Virus record (IMG/VR): IMGVR_UViG_3300047476_000597
Location: 69,628 to 133,627 of that record
Length of the DNA stretch: 64,000 nucleotides
From: a virus
Strand: one strand, 5' to 3'
Shown here in pieces: positions 1 to 10,420 of the stretch. The notes under the pieces were generated by a model that had not been told where the DNA came from, ran no database searches, and was given only the letters and a program-made list of their open reading frames with translations. Numbering within the stretch: position 1 is the stretch's first letter; each line of letters opens with the position of its first letter. The translations under genes were made by a program, and so were the position numbers.

Positions 1-2
1 AT

Positions 3-650
3 AAAGGATACTCACAGCAAAACCTTATTCCATTCTATTTTATGGAAAAAGATGATTATACTATTCCTTATTCACGCAGAGTAGAAATGACATACGCAAA
101 AGAAGAACCACAGTTTTCTGACTATAAGCAGATATGTTTTACAGATACTCAGCCTTTTATTGAGAAGTATTTTACTCCTTCTTATAATGTAGGTGATTTT
201 GCTTATATGTTAGGAGAAAAATACGAGCTGGATTATAATAATGTTTGTGCTGTTTTTTATAGAGGTAATGACAAAAATAGAGAAACTACTATAGCATCAT
301 ACAGTGTCTTTATAGACAAAGCAAGAGAGATTAAACAGCACAATCCCTCAGTAAAATTTCTAGTGCAGCCGGACGAAACAGAGTTCCTTATAGAGTTTTG
401 TAAAGCGTTTCCAGAAGATACTATATGGTTTACAGAAACACCGCACATGCCCAAGAAAGACAGCTGTATGTTCTTTGAATTACCACAAGTAGAAAGGGCC
501 GAGTATGGTGCTAAATATTTTGGTGCTGTTTTAGTATTAGCAAAGTGCAAGCATATGATAATACATTCTGGTAATGGGGCTTTTTGGTCTGTGCTATATA
601 GAGGTAATACAAATAATGTACATCAGTTCTTAGACAATAAATGGTTATAG
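3..650 (+). CDS. Glycosyltransferase, NodZ/fucosyltransferase-like (GT-B); probably truncated by the window start
   Basis: Frame is open from position 3 (KGYSQQNLIPFYFME...). AVFYRGNDK resembles the GVHxRGTDK motif and LAKCKHMIIHSGNGAFW resembles the C-terminal motif of GT11/GT23-type fucosyltransferases. Confidence 0.6.
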   Translation, partial: KGYSQQNLIPFYFMEKDDYTIPYSRRVEMTYAKEEPQFSDYKQICFTDTQPFIEKYFTPSYNVGDFAYMLGEKYELDYNNVCAVFYRGNDKNRETTIASYSVFIDKAREIKQHNPSVKFLVQPDETEFLIEFCKAFPEDTIWFTETPHMPKKDSCMFFELPQVERAEYGAKYFGAVLVLAKCKHMIIHSGNGAFWSVLYRGNTNNVHQFLDNKWL

Positions 651-652
651 TT

Positions 653-1243
653 ATGTATACACAAAACGATGAAGAGTTTTACATCTTAGGGTATTTTAAA
701 GATTTTGTAGGAACCTGTTGTGAGATAGGAGCCAATGATGGAAAATACATAAGTAATACAGCTGCTTTAATAGATAGAGGATGGAAGAGTTTTATGGTTG
801 AGCCATCTAAGGCTTTTAATAAACTAAAAGATAACTATGCTGATAATCCTAATGTAGTATGTGTAAACGCTGGTATTAGTACAAAAGATGAAGATGTTGT
901 GTTTTATGAAGGTAGTGATTCATTATTATCTACTACACAAGAAAAACTAGTAGAGTTTTGGAAAGAGTGTACTTTTACTCCTACTACTGTAAAGATGCTC
1001 ACATGGAAAACTTTCTGTGATACATACAATGCAGGTCCTTTTGATTTTATATCACTAGATGCCGAGGGAATGGACTGGGATATTTTACAACAGATAGATC
1101 TTTCTAATACTAGCATGATATGTATGGAATATACAGCTGGTAATATACAATCCTTTGAGTCTTATTGTAAAAAATATGGTATGGTTAAATTAACGCATAA
1201 TGGCGAAAACCTTATAATGATAAGACCCAAAAAGAATGAATAA
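653..1243 (+). CDS. FkbM-family SAM-dependent methyltransferase
   Basis: MYTQNDEE start (ATG 653; the track starts at 641), EIGANDG SAM-binding motif, SNT, VEP, and DFISLDAEGMD..IL motif typical of FkbM. Confidence 0.85.
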   Translation: MYTQNDEEFYILGYFKDFVGTCCEIGANDGKYISNTAALIDRGWKSFMVEPSKAFNKLKDNYADNPNVVCVNAGISTKDEDVVFYEGSDSLLSTTQEKLVEFWKECTFTPTTVKMLTWKTFCDTYNAGPFDFISLDAEGMDWDILQQIDLSNTSMICMEYTAGNIQSFESYCKKYGMVKLTHNGENLIMIRPKKNE

Positions 1244-4200
1244 AAAACCCTATATAAAAATACCTACTAACACTAACGGAGTATGGAGTTATACAGAGTT
1301 TCTTTCAAGAGACTCTTTTCGTGTTTTTGTTAAGAACTGTTTTAAAGAGCCTGGTACCTGTGGTTTTAATGAGGTATCTAAACGATTCAATGAACAAGCT
1401 AAGGTGTTTAGTAAGAAAGGGCTGTACTGTGAAGCACCTGAAGGTAGTAGGGACTATATAACATATTGGGATACTGAGAAAGAGAAATGTCGTAAAGGTG
1501 TTATATTCTCCGATGGTAGTAACAGCTGGTACCTACCTAGAGACTTGTATTTCTGGTGGAACTTTTTGAAGATAGCGGATAAAGAGAAAAAGACTGAGGC
1601 TTTTCCAGAGGTATGGGATGTTCACTACTACATGGCACTATATAACATACTAGCACAGCTGTATGACAAACATAGTGGTATACTGAAAAAGAGGCAGATA
1701 GGTAGCTCATTGTATCATATGGCTAAACTCATCAACCTATTGTGGTTTGAAAAATCCCAGATATTAAAGATGGGAGCATCTGCTAAGGATTATATCAACA
1801 ACGATAAGGGCAGCTGGTTGATTCTTGATTATTATAGAGATTTTCTAAACAAACACACTGGTTGGTATAGACCAATGAGCCCGGATAAGAGTGCATCTAT
1901 GTCCTGGCAACAGAGGTTGGAGGTTAAAGAAAACGGTAGGATTAGTTATGAGGGTAATAGTTCAAAAATTACTGGTACTTCCTTTGAAAAAAATGCTACT
2001 GCTGGTGTTGGTGGTCCCTGCTTATTAAAAGATTCTTTAATATTAATGGCAGATGCTTCCTATAAAAAAGTACAAGATATTCTACTAGGAGATCTTATCT
2101 GTGGAGCAGATGGTCTACCAAAAAAAGTAGTAGAACTATATAGTGGTGTAGACACTATATATGAGATAAAACAAACAAGAGGGGCAACCTATTATACTAC
2201 AGCAGATCACTCACTGTACCTATGGAATCATTATAAAAGCTCTTTTGTAAAAATACTAGCTAAAAATTTTAATAATCTATCTATATATAAAAGAACAAAA
2301 AAGTTAAGTGGAATAAAGTTTTCAGGTATAAAAGGACAAAAAAAAGAGCTACCTATAGACCCATATTATCTTGGATTATTTTTAGGTGATGGAACAAGAG
2401 GAGATTATAGAATATTAGTAAATGAAACAAAAGACCCTGAAATAGCTGAGTATATAACACAGCTAGCAGAAACTGAGATTGGGTATAGACTAACTAAAAG
2501 ATTTCGTAATCTTACTAGACCTGAATATAATGACACAATGACTGACTATGGAATAGTTAAAAAAGCAAGAGGGGTTAACTCAAAGTATTCTTTTACTTTT
2601 GATGAGTTAGGTCTAGAAAAAAAGCATATACCTAATATATATTATACTAGTTCTAAAGAACAAAGACTAGAACTATTAGCTGGTTTAATAGATACAGACG
2701 GCTATCTTAACAAAGAAAAAAAGAGATATGAAATATCTATAACTGATAAGGTATTAGCAGACGACATTGTAAAATTAAGTATTCAACTAGGTTTTAATAC
2801 CCAAAGATGTGTTATTGAAAATAGCGGTATAAAATCTACTGTATATAATAAACCTACTAAAAGCCATAGAATAAATATTACAGGAAATATCTCTATCATA
2901 CCCTGTAAAGTAAAAAGAAAAATAGCTACAGATGTTTCAACTATGGCTACTAACAATTACAGTAAACTACAAGTAACCAAGTGGGGAATAGATGAGTATT
3001 TTGGGTTTGCTTGTGAGGATAGTTTATTTGTACTGGAAGATGGTACTATTACACACAACTGTAGACTCTTCTTTCATGAAGAGGCTGGCATTGCCCCTAA
3101 GATGGGAGAGACCTTTGAGTTCATGAGGCCGGCTCTTAGTATGGGAGGAATACTCACTGGACAGTTTATTGCAGCTGGTTCTGTAGGTAATCTTGACCAA
3201 TGTAAGCCACTAGAAAACATGATTAAGAATCCTCACGGTAATAGTATATATGCTGTAAAGAGTACACTAGTTAATGAGAATGGAGATGAAGCCGATACAG
3301 GGCTATTCATACCAGAACAATGGGGTCGACCACCACATATAGATCAATACGGTAACTCTCTAGTACAAGAAGCCCTAGAGGCTATTAAGAAAGAAAGACA
3401 CGTATGGGAACATGGTAATCCTGTTACCGGAGAAAAACCTATTGATAAAGAAAAACTACAGCTACGTATATCACAACAGCCTATTAATATTGATGAGGCT
3501 TTTGCTATCCGAAAAACATCTCTATTCCCTAACCGGTATGTAAAACCACAGATACAGAGAATAGAGGATGGTGAATATAAGATGGAATACGTAGACCTAG
3601 AACGTAATGAATTAGGACAGGTTATTACAGTGCCATCTAAAAGACTGCCACTAGAGTATGGTTCCTCTATGACACTAGAGGATAAAAGGGCATGTGTTGT
3701 TATATACAAACATCCTATACAAGGTAAAATACCACTAAGAACATACCTAGGTTCTATTGACCCTGTAGCTGGTGATAAGAGTATTACCTCAGCATCATTA
3801 GCATGTATATACATATACGAAATGCCTATCTATCGTGTACATACTAACCCTGATGGAACAAAAGAAACTACTACAGAAGGCGGTAGGTTAGTAGCATCTT
3901 GGACCGGTAGGTATGATGATGTTAATGAAACTAACGAACAGTTGTCTATGTTAGTTGAGTACTATCAGGCGTATACAACGTGTGAGTATAATGTTGGTAC
4001 CTGGGTACAGTACATGATTGCTAAAAAAAGAACCAGATATGTAGCTGTTAAAGAAGATATGATGTATGATAAAGAGTTAGGAATAACCCAATCATCTATG
4101 AATAACTATGGTTGGTACAACGTTGATAGAGTATGGAAAAAGATGTTACAAGATTCTATAGACTATATAGCTGAAGAAATACTAGTAATAAAAGGAGAGG

Positions 4201-4565
4201 ACGGAGAAAAGAAAAAAGTAGAGTACGGAATAACACGTATTCCTGATATATGGTTATTAAGAGAGATGCAACAGTATCAAGAAAAGGATGGCCGAAACTA
4301 TGACCGTATAATAGCTTTCTGTGCTCTTGTAGCTTTTGTTAATATACGTCTTAGTACATTACCTGGTCTGTATACTGATACACATGTTAACAGTAGCAGT
4401 GAGCAAACAGACAAAGATAAAAAGATGAGTAGTAATGATAATATACGTATCTTTAAAGAGAACACACAAACATTTAGGAATCTTCTTGGAATGGACAGTA
4501 ATACCAGTGTTACTAGCGATTACAGCAAATACAAAAGAAGATCTCCTTTCAAAAACCTAAGATAA
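1236..4565 (+). CDS. terL: Terminase large subunit (crAss-like) with an intein; about 762 aa after splicing
   Basis: Walker A-like LKKRQIGSS, Walker B LFFHEEAG restored after intein removal, nuclease motif GSIDPV; lies directly upstream of the portal. Confidence 0.93.
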   Translation: MNKKPYIKIPTNTNGVWSYTEFLSRDSFRVFVKNCFKEPGTCGFNEVSKRFNEQAKVFSKKGLYCEAPEGSRDYITYWDTEKEKCRKGVIFSDGSNSWYLPRDLYFWWNFLKIADKEKKTEAFPEVWDVHYYMALYNILAQLYDKHSGILKKRQIGSSLYHMAKLINLLWFEKSQILKMGASAKDYINNDKGSWLILDYYRDFLNKHTGWYRPMSPDKSASMSWQQRLEVKENGRISYEGNSSKITGTSFEKNATAGVGGPCLLKDSLILMADASYKKVQDILLGDLICGADGLPKKVVELYSGVDTIYEIKQTRGATYYTTADHSLYLWNHYKSSFVKILAKNFNNLSIYKRTKKLSGIKFSGIKGQKKELPIDPYYLGLFLGDGTRGDYRILVNETKDPEIAEYITQLAETEIGYRLTKRFRNLTRPEYNDTMTDYGIVKKARGVNSKYSFTFDELGLEKKHIPNIYYTSSKEQRLELLAGLIDTDGYLNKEKKRYEISITDKVLADDIVKLSIQLGFNTQRCVIENSGIKSTVYNKPTKSHRINITGNISIIPCKVKRKIATDVSTMATNNYSKLQVTKWGIDEYFGFACEDSLFVLEDGTITHNCRLFFHEEAGIAPKMGETFEFMRPALSMGGILTGQFIAAGSVGNLDQCKPLENMIKNPHGNSIYAVKSTLVNENGDEADTGLFIPEQWGRPPHIDQYGNSLVQEALEAIKKERHVWEHGNPVTGEKPIDKEKLQLRISQQPINIDEAFAIRKTSLFPNRYVKPQIQRIEDGEYKMEYVDLERNELGQVITVPSKRLPLEYGSSMTLEDKRACVVIYKHPIQGKIPLRTYLGSIDPVAGDKSITSASLACIYIYEMPIYRVHTNPDGTKETTTEGGRLVASWTGRYDDVNETNEQLSMLVEYYQAYTTCEYNVGTWVQYMIAKKRTRYVAVKEDMMYDKELGITQSSMNNYGWYNVDRVWKKMLQDSIDYIAEEILVIKGEDGEKKKVEYGITRIPDIWLLREMQQYQEKDGRNYDRIIAFCALVAFVNIRLSTLPGLYTDTHVNSSSEQTDKDKKMSSNDNIRIFKENTQTFRNLLGMDSNTSVTSDYSKYKRRSPFKNLR
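2019..3059 (+). mobile_element. Intein (347 aa) with LAGLIDADG homing endonuclease, inserted in TerL
   Basis: N-terminal CLLKDSLILMAD, block B TTADH, endonuclease motifs PYYLGLFLGDG and LLAGLIDTDG, C-terminal ITHN followed by extein Cys (TGT 3060-3062). Confidence 0.95.
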
Positions 4566-7321
4566 TGGGAGTAGTTGATGCAGTACAATTAAAGAATGGT
4601 TATGTAGATAAACACAATGTTGCAAAAGGAATACTAATGCAACCATTGTCTTTTATACCTGATTCGCAAAAGGATATAAACTGGTCTGCTCGGTATATGG
4701 ATTATATTGAGTATGAAGGACTACGACAGATAAAAAGAAATGCTAGTAAGTTTATAAAAAACTATAACCTAGCTAATGGTACTATAGACCATACAGACTA
4801 TGTAAGAACTGATGGGGAACATGCAGAGCTAATACAATCTTGCCTAAAAGAAGGAACTGGAACTAGTGCATTACATTTTTATCCACTGGCAGATAACCTA
4901 GTAGAAGTTCTTACTAATGAGTTTTCTAAGAGGAATAGTAAGGTAACATTCGATCTCAGAGATGTGTATTCTCAGAATGAGTTGTTTGATGCTAAAACTG
5001 CAGAGGTAGAACAAACACTACTGCAGCAAGCTTATATTAAGCAACGACAGAAAATGGAGCAGTTAGGGTTTACTGAAGACAGTGAAGAGGGTCAGCAGCT
5101 GGTAGGAAAAAATGCTATAAAGAGTTTACCAGAGATACAGCAGTTTTATAACACTGGCTATAAGAACCAGCTGATCCACTGGGCTATGGACCGTATGCAT
5201 AAAGACTCTGATAGATTTTATATGCCAGAATTAGAACGACTGCAGTTTAAAAACATGTTGATTGTGGATAGGGAGTTTTGGCATTTTAGAATGTTAGAAA
5301 ACGACTATCAGGTAGAGATGTGGAACCCTTTACTCACATACTATAAAAAATCTCCTAGGACTAAATACATAGCAGATGGTCTTTTTGTCGGTACCTCAGA
5401 GTTATGGGCAATACCAGATGTAGTAGACCTTCTAGGGTGGATGATGACAGACGAGCAGCTGGAATCACTAGACCGCATATACCCCTCTACTGGTCTTAAC
5501 TATATACAAGAAGGAGTACAGAATGATGGAGCTATGTACGATAACACACAATCGTATGAGTGGAACTCGGAAGGGCCTGGTGTAGCTATGAGACAGTTTA
5601 TGTCTATGAAACAGGCTATGGGTGATCCAAACTCTTTTAATGGTGACATTATATACAAAGTTCTTGGAGAAGCTGAAGATATGAAAGGTAACTATCGTCA
5701 GTTTTTTGCTAGGGTATCTACTATATACTGGAAGACATATAGAAAAGTAGGTAGACTGATTAAGATAGATGAATATGGCAATCAGTTTCAAGAGTTTGTT
5801 ACTGAGGACTATGTTATTATGGATAAACCACTATATGATACTACTATAATAAAAACCAAAACCGCAGAAAACCTTATATACGGAGAGCACATAGAATGGA
5901 CATACAATACAGAGGTATGGGGTGGTGTTAAGGTAGGCCCTTGTTTACCAATGGGTTATACTGCTGCTAATCAAGGATTATTCAATCCTATCTATTTAGG
6001 ATTGAATGACAAAAAACCAGGTAGACTCCCTTTTCAGTTTAAAGGTACCGATAATACATTCGGATGTAAGCTACCTGTAGAAGGAGCAGTATTCCATGAC
6101 TACAATGTGTCTAGCAGATCCTTTATAGATAGATTATATCCATGGCAGATAGGCTATAACATGATGATGAACATGGTTATAGACCTCAACATAGATGAGT
6201 TAGGTAATATTCTTATACTAGACCAGAATGTATTACCAAAACACTCTCTAGGAGAAGAATGGGGAGAAGGCAATTTCTTTAAAGCACTAGGACTAGCTAG
6301 AGACCTTTCTTTATTGCCAGTAGATACTACTCGTACTAATACTCAACAGGCTATACATCAAGGGTTTGCTCAGAAACTAGACATGAGTCAAACTGAGAGA
6401 ATATTGGCAAAAGCCAACCTTGCCATGTTCTTTAAACAAGGAGCTCTTAGTTCAGTGGGTTTCACACCAGAAAGAATGGGTACACCTATAGACAGAGAGG
6501 TAACAGCTACACAGATCAACCAAGGAGTAGCTTCTTCATTTGCTCAGACTGAACAATATTTCATAGACCACTGTGATGGTCTTATGCCTAGAGTACACCA
6601 ACAACGTACAGAACTAGCACAATACTATACAGCTAAGAATCCTTCAGTACGTATTCAATATAGTACAGACAGCCTTAGTCAGGTAGTACTAGAAATGACT
6701 AGTGATAATCTGTTACTACGTGATTTTGGTGTTTATGCCAAAACAGATATTAACAGCAGACATATACTAGAGCAGGTTAAGCAGCTGGTAGTAGCTAACA
6801 ACACATCAGGAGCTTCTATATTCGACCTAGTAAGAACATTGAAAATAGACAATACTGCTGATATGGATACCCTTATGAACAGTATAGAAAAAAGAACACA
6901 GCAAGAACAACAAGCACAAGCACAACAAGCACAGGAGCAGTTTGAAAAAGAGCAAGAACAGCTGTGGGCTATACACGAAGATACTCAAGCACATCAGATG
7001 GAAGCTCTTAATATGAAACTAGCTAATGACCGATATGTAGCAGAGGTTAAGGCAGCTGGTATGTCAGGTTCAGTAGACCTAGATGCTAATAAGCAGAATG
7101 ATTACATGGACAACCTAAAGATGATACAAGGGCAAGAACAGCATAATGATAAGATGTCTTTTGATAGAGAGAAGGAGGTAACTAGAAATGCACTAGAGAA
7201 TAAAAAACTACAACTAAGACAAGAGGAGATTCAAGCACAGAATATGAGGACACGCCAGGAAATACAGGTAGCAAAGATCAATAACAAGGTAAAAGAAAAA
7301 GAAAAGAGTAAGAAAAAATAG
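4565..7321 (+). CDS. Portal protein (crAss-like)
   Basis: 918 aa, follows terL; FKNMLIVDREFWH..WNP, EVWGGVKVG and PWQIGYN segments and a coiled-coil barrel C-terminus match crAss/P22-type portals. Confidence 0.88.
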   Translation: MGVVDAVQLKNGYVDKHNVAKGILMQPLSFIPDSQKDINWSARYMDYIEYEGLRQIKRNASKFIKNYNLANGTIDHTDYVRTDGEHAELIQSCLKEGTGTSALHFYPLADNLVEVLTNEFSKRNSKVTFDLRDVYSQNELFDAKTAEVEQTLLQQAYIKQRQKMEQLGFTEDSEEGQQLVGKNAIKSLPEIQQFYNTGYKNQLIHWAMDRMHKDSDRFYMPELERLQFKNMLIVDREFWHFRMLENDYQVEMWNPLLTYYKKSPRTKYIADGLFVGTSELWAIPDVVDLLGWMMTDEQLESLDRIYPSTGLNYIQEGVQNDGAMYDNTQSYEWNSEGPGVAMRQFMSMKQAMGDPNSFNGDIIYKVLGEAEDMKGNYRQFFARVSTIYWKTYRKVGRLIKIDEYGNQFQEFVTEDYVIMDKPLYDTTIIKTKTAENLIYGEHIEWTYNTEVWGGVKVGPCLPMGYTAANQGLFNPIYLGLNDKKPGRLPFQFKGTDNTFGCKLPVEGAVFHDYNVSSRSFIDRLYPWQIGYNMMMNMVIDLNIDELGNILILDQNVLPKHSLGEEWGEGNFFKALGLARDLSLLPVDTTRTNTQQAIHQGFAQKLDMSQTERILAKANLAMFFKQGALSSVGFTPERMGTPIDREVTATQINQGVASSFAQTEQYFIDHCDGLMPRVHQQRTELAQYYTAKNPSVRIQYSTDSLSQVVLEMTSDNLLLRDFGVYAKTDINSRHILEQVKQLVVANNTSGASIFDLVRTLKIDNTADMDTLMNSIEKRTQQEQQAQAQQAQEQFEKEQEQLWAIHEDTQAHQMEALNMKLANDRYVAEVKAAGMSGSVDLDANKQNDYMDNLKMIQGQEQHNDKMSFDREKEVTRNALENKKLQLRQEEIQAQNMRTRQEIQVAKINNKVKEKEKSKKK

Positions 7322-7390
7322 AAATAGCTATAAATCACATTACTGGCTTTTCTGTTTACATATTATTGATGTAATAACGGACAAACAATA

Positions 7391-7399
7391 TATCTTTAA
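7391..7399 (+). promoter_or_regulatory. TATCTTTAA promoter-like motif upstream of the scaffold and capsid genes
   Basis: Intergenic; the same 9-mer recurs upstream of several genes; resembles the Bacteroidota -7 box TAnnTTTG. Confidence 0.65.
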
Positions 7400-7422
7400 C
7401 ATAGGAACCAAAATAATAAACA

Positions 7423-8664
7423 ATGGAAACATTACAAACAGTAGTAACACCACAAGAAATAGACCTCTCAGTTTTTGGGTTTAGAGATACTGTAGGTACG
7501 CCTATAGACACAACTAGTGACCAAACATTTCCTGGTGTATTAGGCAATACAGAGCCTTTTTCACTACAACCATTAGTAGGTAATGAACCAGCTGCTACAA
7601 CTAGTAGCACTGAAGAGCCTTTTTCTTTTTCTAAAGAAGATGTAGCACAGACAGAAACTACTACAGATGATGTAGATTCTACTGTAGGCAGAAAAAAGAT
7701 AGGTAAAGATGCTCTAGTTGAGTATCTGGCTGCTAAGGTGAATGATGGAGTATATGCTGTATGGGAAGATTATAAAGACGATGTACCTGTTACTGATTAT
7801 TTATCTTCTTTACCAGCTAAAAAACTACAAGAGCTGTTAGATGAGAATATAACCAATAGTAGAGAGGCAGCCCTTAAAGAAAAAGAAGATGTTTATACAC
7901 AAGAGATATTAGCTGCATTACCAGAGCAGTTTCAAGCAGCTTATGAATATGCTCGTAATGGTGGACAAGACTGGGATAGTTTCTATGCAGCAATGGGAGC
8001 TGCTAACAGAACGGCTCAATTAGACCCTAACAATGAAGACCATCAGGTAGAGATTGCTAGAGAATATTTGTATGCTACTAATTTTGGGGATGCTGCTCTT
8101 ATAGAAGACCAGCTGGCAGAGTGGAAAACATCTGGTAGATTAGCTGATAGGGTGCAACAGTTTAAACCAGCTCTTGATAATATGAGAGCGCAAGAACTAG
8201 AAGCATACAATAGACAGCAACAAGAGCAGAATAGGCTACAGGAAGAAGCTGCAAAACAGTTTATCAGCAATGTAGCTACAACAATAAAAACAGGAGACAT
8301 AGCTGGAATAAAACTAGATATTAAAAAACAGAAAGATGTCTATAAGGCTCTTACTATAGCAGACCAACCATCTATATTTGGTGCAACTACTACATCATTA
8401 GGAGCTAAGATAGAAAACCTAATGTATGTTAATCCAGACCCGGCAAAACTAGCATTAGTAGAACTATTACTATCAGACCAAGAAGCATTTTTTAAAGCAG
8501 TAGGACAACCCTTCAAGAACGAACAGGTAGCTGAGGACTTTAAGAAACTCAAAATGGTTAACCAAGCTGGTAATGCTAGTACTGGTGGGGCACCACAGAA
8601 TCAAGAACCTAAACCAAAAATAAAGAAAATACAAACTAACTCTTTTTCAGATCTTCTTAAATAA
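7423..8664 (+). CDS. Acidic helical protein between portal and major capsid, putative scaffolding protein
   Basis: Conserved position in crAss-like gene order; acidic disordered N-terminus and coiled coil. Confidence 0.6.
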   Translation: METLQTVVTPQEIDLSVFGFRDTVGTPIDTTSDQTFPGVLGNTEPFSLQPLVGNEPAATTSSTEEPFSFSKEDVAQTETTTDDVDSTVGRKKIGKDALVEYLAAKVNDGVYAVWEDYKDDVPVTDYLSSLPAKKLQELLDENITNSREAALKEKEDVYTQEILAALPEQFQAAYEYARNGGQDWDSFYAAMGAANRTAQLDPNNEDHQVEIAREYLYATNFGDAALIEDQLAEWKTSGRLADRVQQFKPALDNMRAQELEAYNRQQQEQNRLQEEAAKQFISNVATTIKTGDIAGIKLDIKKQKDVYKALTIADQPSIFGATTTSLGAKIENLMYVNPDPAKLALVELLLSDQEAFFKAVGQPFKNEQVAEDFKKLKMVNQAGNASTGGAPQNQEPKPKIKKIQTNSFSDLLK

Positions 8665-8687
8665 CAAACAATAAAACCAACAATAAC

Positions 8688-10325
8688 ATGACACCAAGTT
8701 TTAACAATGGGATTTTTCTCCGACAGACTAACATAGAGTTCGGCTCTGACTGGAACATGCAGCATATGATGGCTATGTCCAAAAACCAACAACCTACGGA
8801 TTTGGGTCCGGTTGAGTTTTGGATGCAGTTGAAAAAGATATGGGCACCTCTGTACTCTATGACTGCTTTTACTAGTAGCCAAAAAATACCAGTTACCGAT
8901 ATGGCTGGTAGGTATTCTTGGCAGGTACCAGAGCTTAATGATATGCCACGTATAGTGCGTGATGTTGAGCCTACTAACACACAAAAAGGTCGTGGTGGTA
9001 CACTGTTCAAAATAGCCCTTAACAGGAAGGCGTATGGTCTTAATGCTATTCTTACCTATGACAAGTTCAGTGGTATGGAGTTTATCGTAACAGATATTCA
9101 AGACTACTCTGACAATGAGTTTATCTATATCTGTCGTTTGGTTAACGGTAATAGCGATCTGTTTCTTCCTAATGATGTTCTTATACCACAGACACCTATA
9201 TTCAGAATGGGTTCTGCTAAAGGTGAGTATAGCGAGAACTACGACTCTATTAATACAAAAGCTAGTTACCGTGAGTATTATAACTATACTGCAACTGCAG
9301 AGGCTAACTTTGAGATGAGCATATCTGATAGGGCTCAGTACATAATGCACTCAAAAGCAGCAGCTGGTACTAAAGGTTTACCTATCCAAGAAGTTTGGAA
9401 ATTTGACCCTGAAACATCTAAGGATGTATCTACCTATGGTGTAGACCCTATTCTGAATAAATTAGGTTCTACTGAGGTTATGAAGCGTATACAAGACGGT
9501 ACTATATGGTACGGTTTCTGTACTCAACTAGAGTTGCAAGGACAAAAGAAAATAGCTGCTGATATTGAGAACTACGGCATGTGGGGTAAAGGTGGTAAAA
9601 TATCTATGCCTGATGGTCGTGATGATGCTCGTTTGCCTGTAGGTATATGGAGACAGCTGGACAATGCATACAAACGTGCTTATAACGTAGGTGTGTCTAT
9701 ATTGCCTATTCTAGAAAACCAGATCAAAAACTTCTTTAATGGTCGTGTTGATTTTGTAGGACCTGACCCAGAAAGAAAATTGATTATACAGACTGGTATG
9801 GGTGGTATGCAACAGGCCATGGCAGAGATTAAGAAAATGGCTAACAGCTCTGGTCTTGTACAAAATGCTTCTGAGATAGGTGCAATTAGTGGAAAGGCCA
9901 TGAGTCTTGATTTTGGGTATGCATTCCAGAGCTATGTTATACCGTTCTTGGCTAATGTTAAGTTCCAACTAAACCCGGCTCTTGATGCTGTAGAAGCTAA
10001 TGAACGTGAGAATCCAATGTTGAACGGTTACAGATTGTCTTCTTATGCTTACATCATAATGGATGTAACTAACAACCTTTCTGATAACATATTCCAGCTA
10101 GAAAACACTAACCTGAATCCAGCATTCAAATGGAGATATGTTAATGGTACAGCTGACTATATGATGAGAACATCTGGTTTCCAATCATCTGGCAACTTCT
10201 CAGGTTTCAAACTGTATATGACTCAGTTGATGAAGACCTTCTGGATTAAAGATCCGACTAAGGTTCTGAAAGTGGTACCAATCAACCCAATTACAAAACT
10301 ACCTTTTGGTTCTTTTTCATACTAA
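8688..10325 (+). CDS. Major capsid protein (crAss-like, HK97 fold)
   Basis: 545 aa; position, TDLGPV, MWGKGG and IIQTGMGG segments, C-terminal WIKDPTKVLKVVPINP; followed by a strong terminator. Confidence 0.85.
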   Translation: MTPSFNNGIFLRQTNIEFGSDWNMQHMMAMSKNQQPTDLGPVEFWMQLKKIWAPLYSMTAFTSSQKIPVTDMAGRYSWQVPELNDMPRIVRDVEPTNTQKGRGGTLFKIALNRKAYGLNAILTYDKFSGMEFIVTDIQDYSDNEFIYICRLVNGNSDLFLPNDVLIPQTPIFRMGSAKGEYSENYDSINTKASYREYYNYTATAEANFEMSISDRAQYIMHSKAAAGTKGLPIQEVWKFDPETSKDVSTYGVDPILNKLGSTEVMKRIQDGTIWYGFCTQLELQGQKKIAADIENYGMWGKGGKISMPDGRDDARLPVGIWRQLDNAYKRAYNVGVSILPILENQIKNFFNGRVDFVGPDPERKLIIQTGMGGMQQAMAEIKKMANSSGLVQNASEIGAISGKAMSLDFGYAFQSYVIPFLANVKFQLNPALDAVEANERENPMLNGYRLSSYAYIIMDVTNNLSDNIFQLENTNLNPAFKWRYVNGTADYMMRTSGFQSSGNFSGFKLYMTQLMKTFWIKDPTKVLKVVPINPITKLPFGSFSY

Positions 10326-10343
10326 GAGGTACAAAAATAAAAG

Positions 10344-10377
10344 AAATAAGAGAGCTAATAACTCTCTTATTTTTTTT
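10344..10377 (+). terminator. Intrinsic terminator after the major capsid gene
   Basis: AAATAAGAGAG-ctaataa-CTCTCTTATTT hairpin followed by a T-run. Confidence 0.85.
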
Positions 10378-10393
10378 ATTGTATACTATTACA

Positions 10394-10401
10394 TATCTTT
10401 G
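10394..10401 (+). promoter_or_regulatory. TATCTTTG, canonical Bacteroidota -7 promoter box
   Basis: Exact TAnnTTTG match between the terminator and ATG 10421. Confidence 0.6.
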
Positions 10402-10420
10402 AGTCACAAAAAGAACTAAA

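Noticed and set aside
2019-3059. Group I intron or free-standing homing endonuclease
   Set aside because: In-frame with Cys...His-Asn/Cys splice residues, so it is an intein.
6895-6960. CAAGCACAA-type repeats in the portal
   Set aside because: Low-complexity Q/A/E coiled-coil coding, usual for portal barrels.
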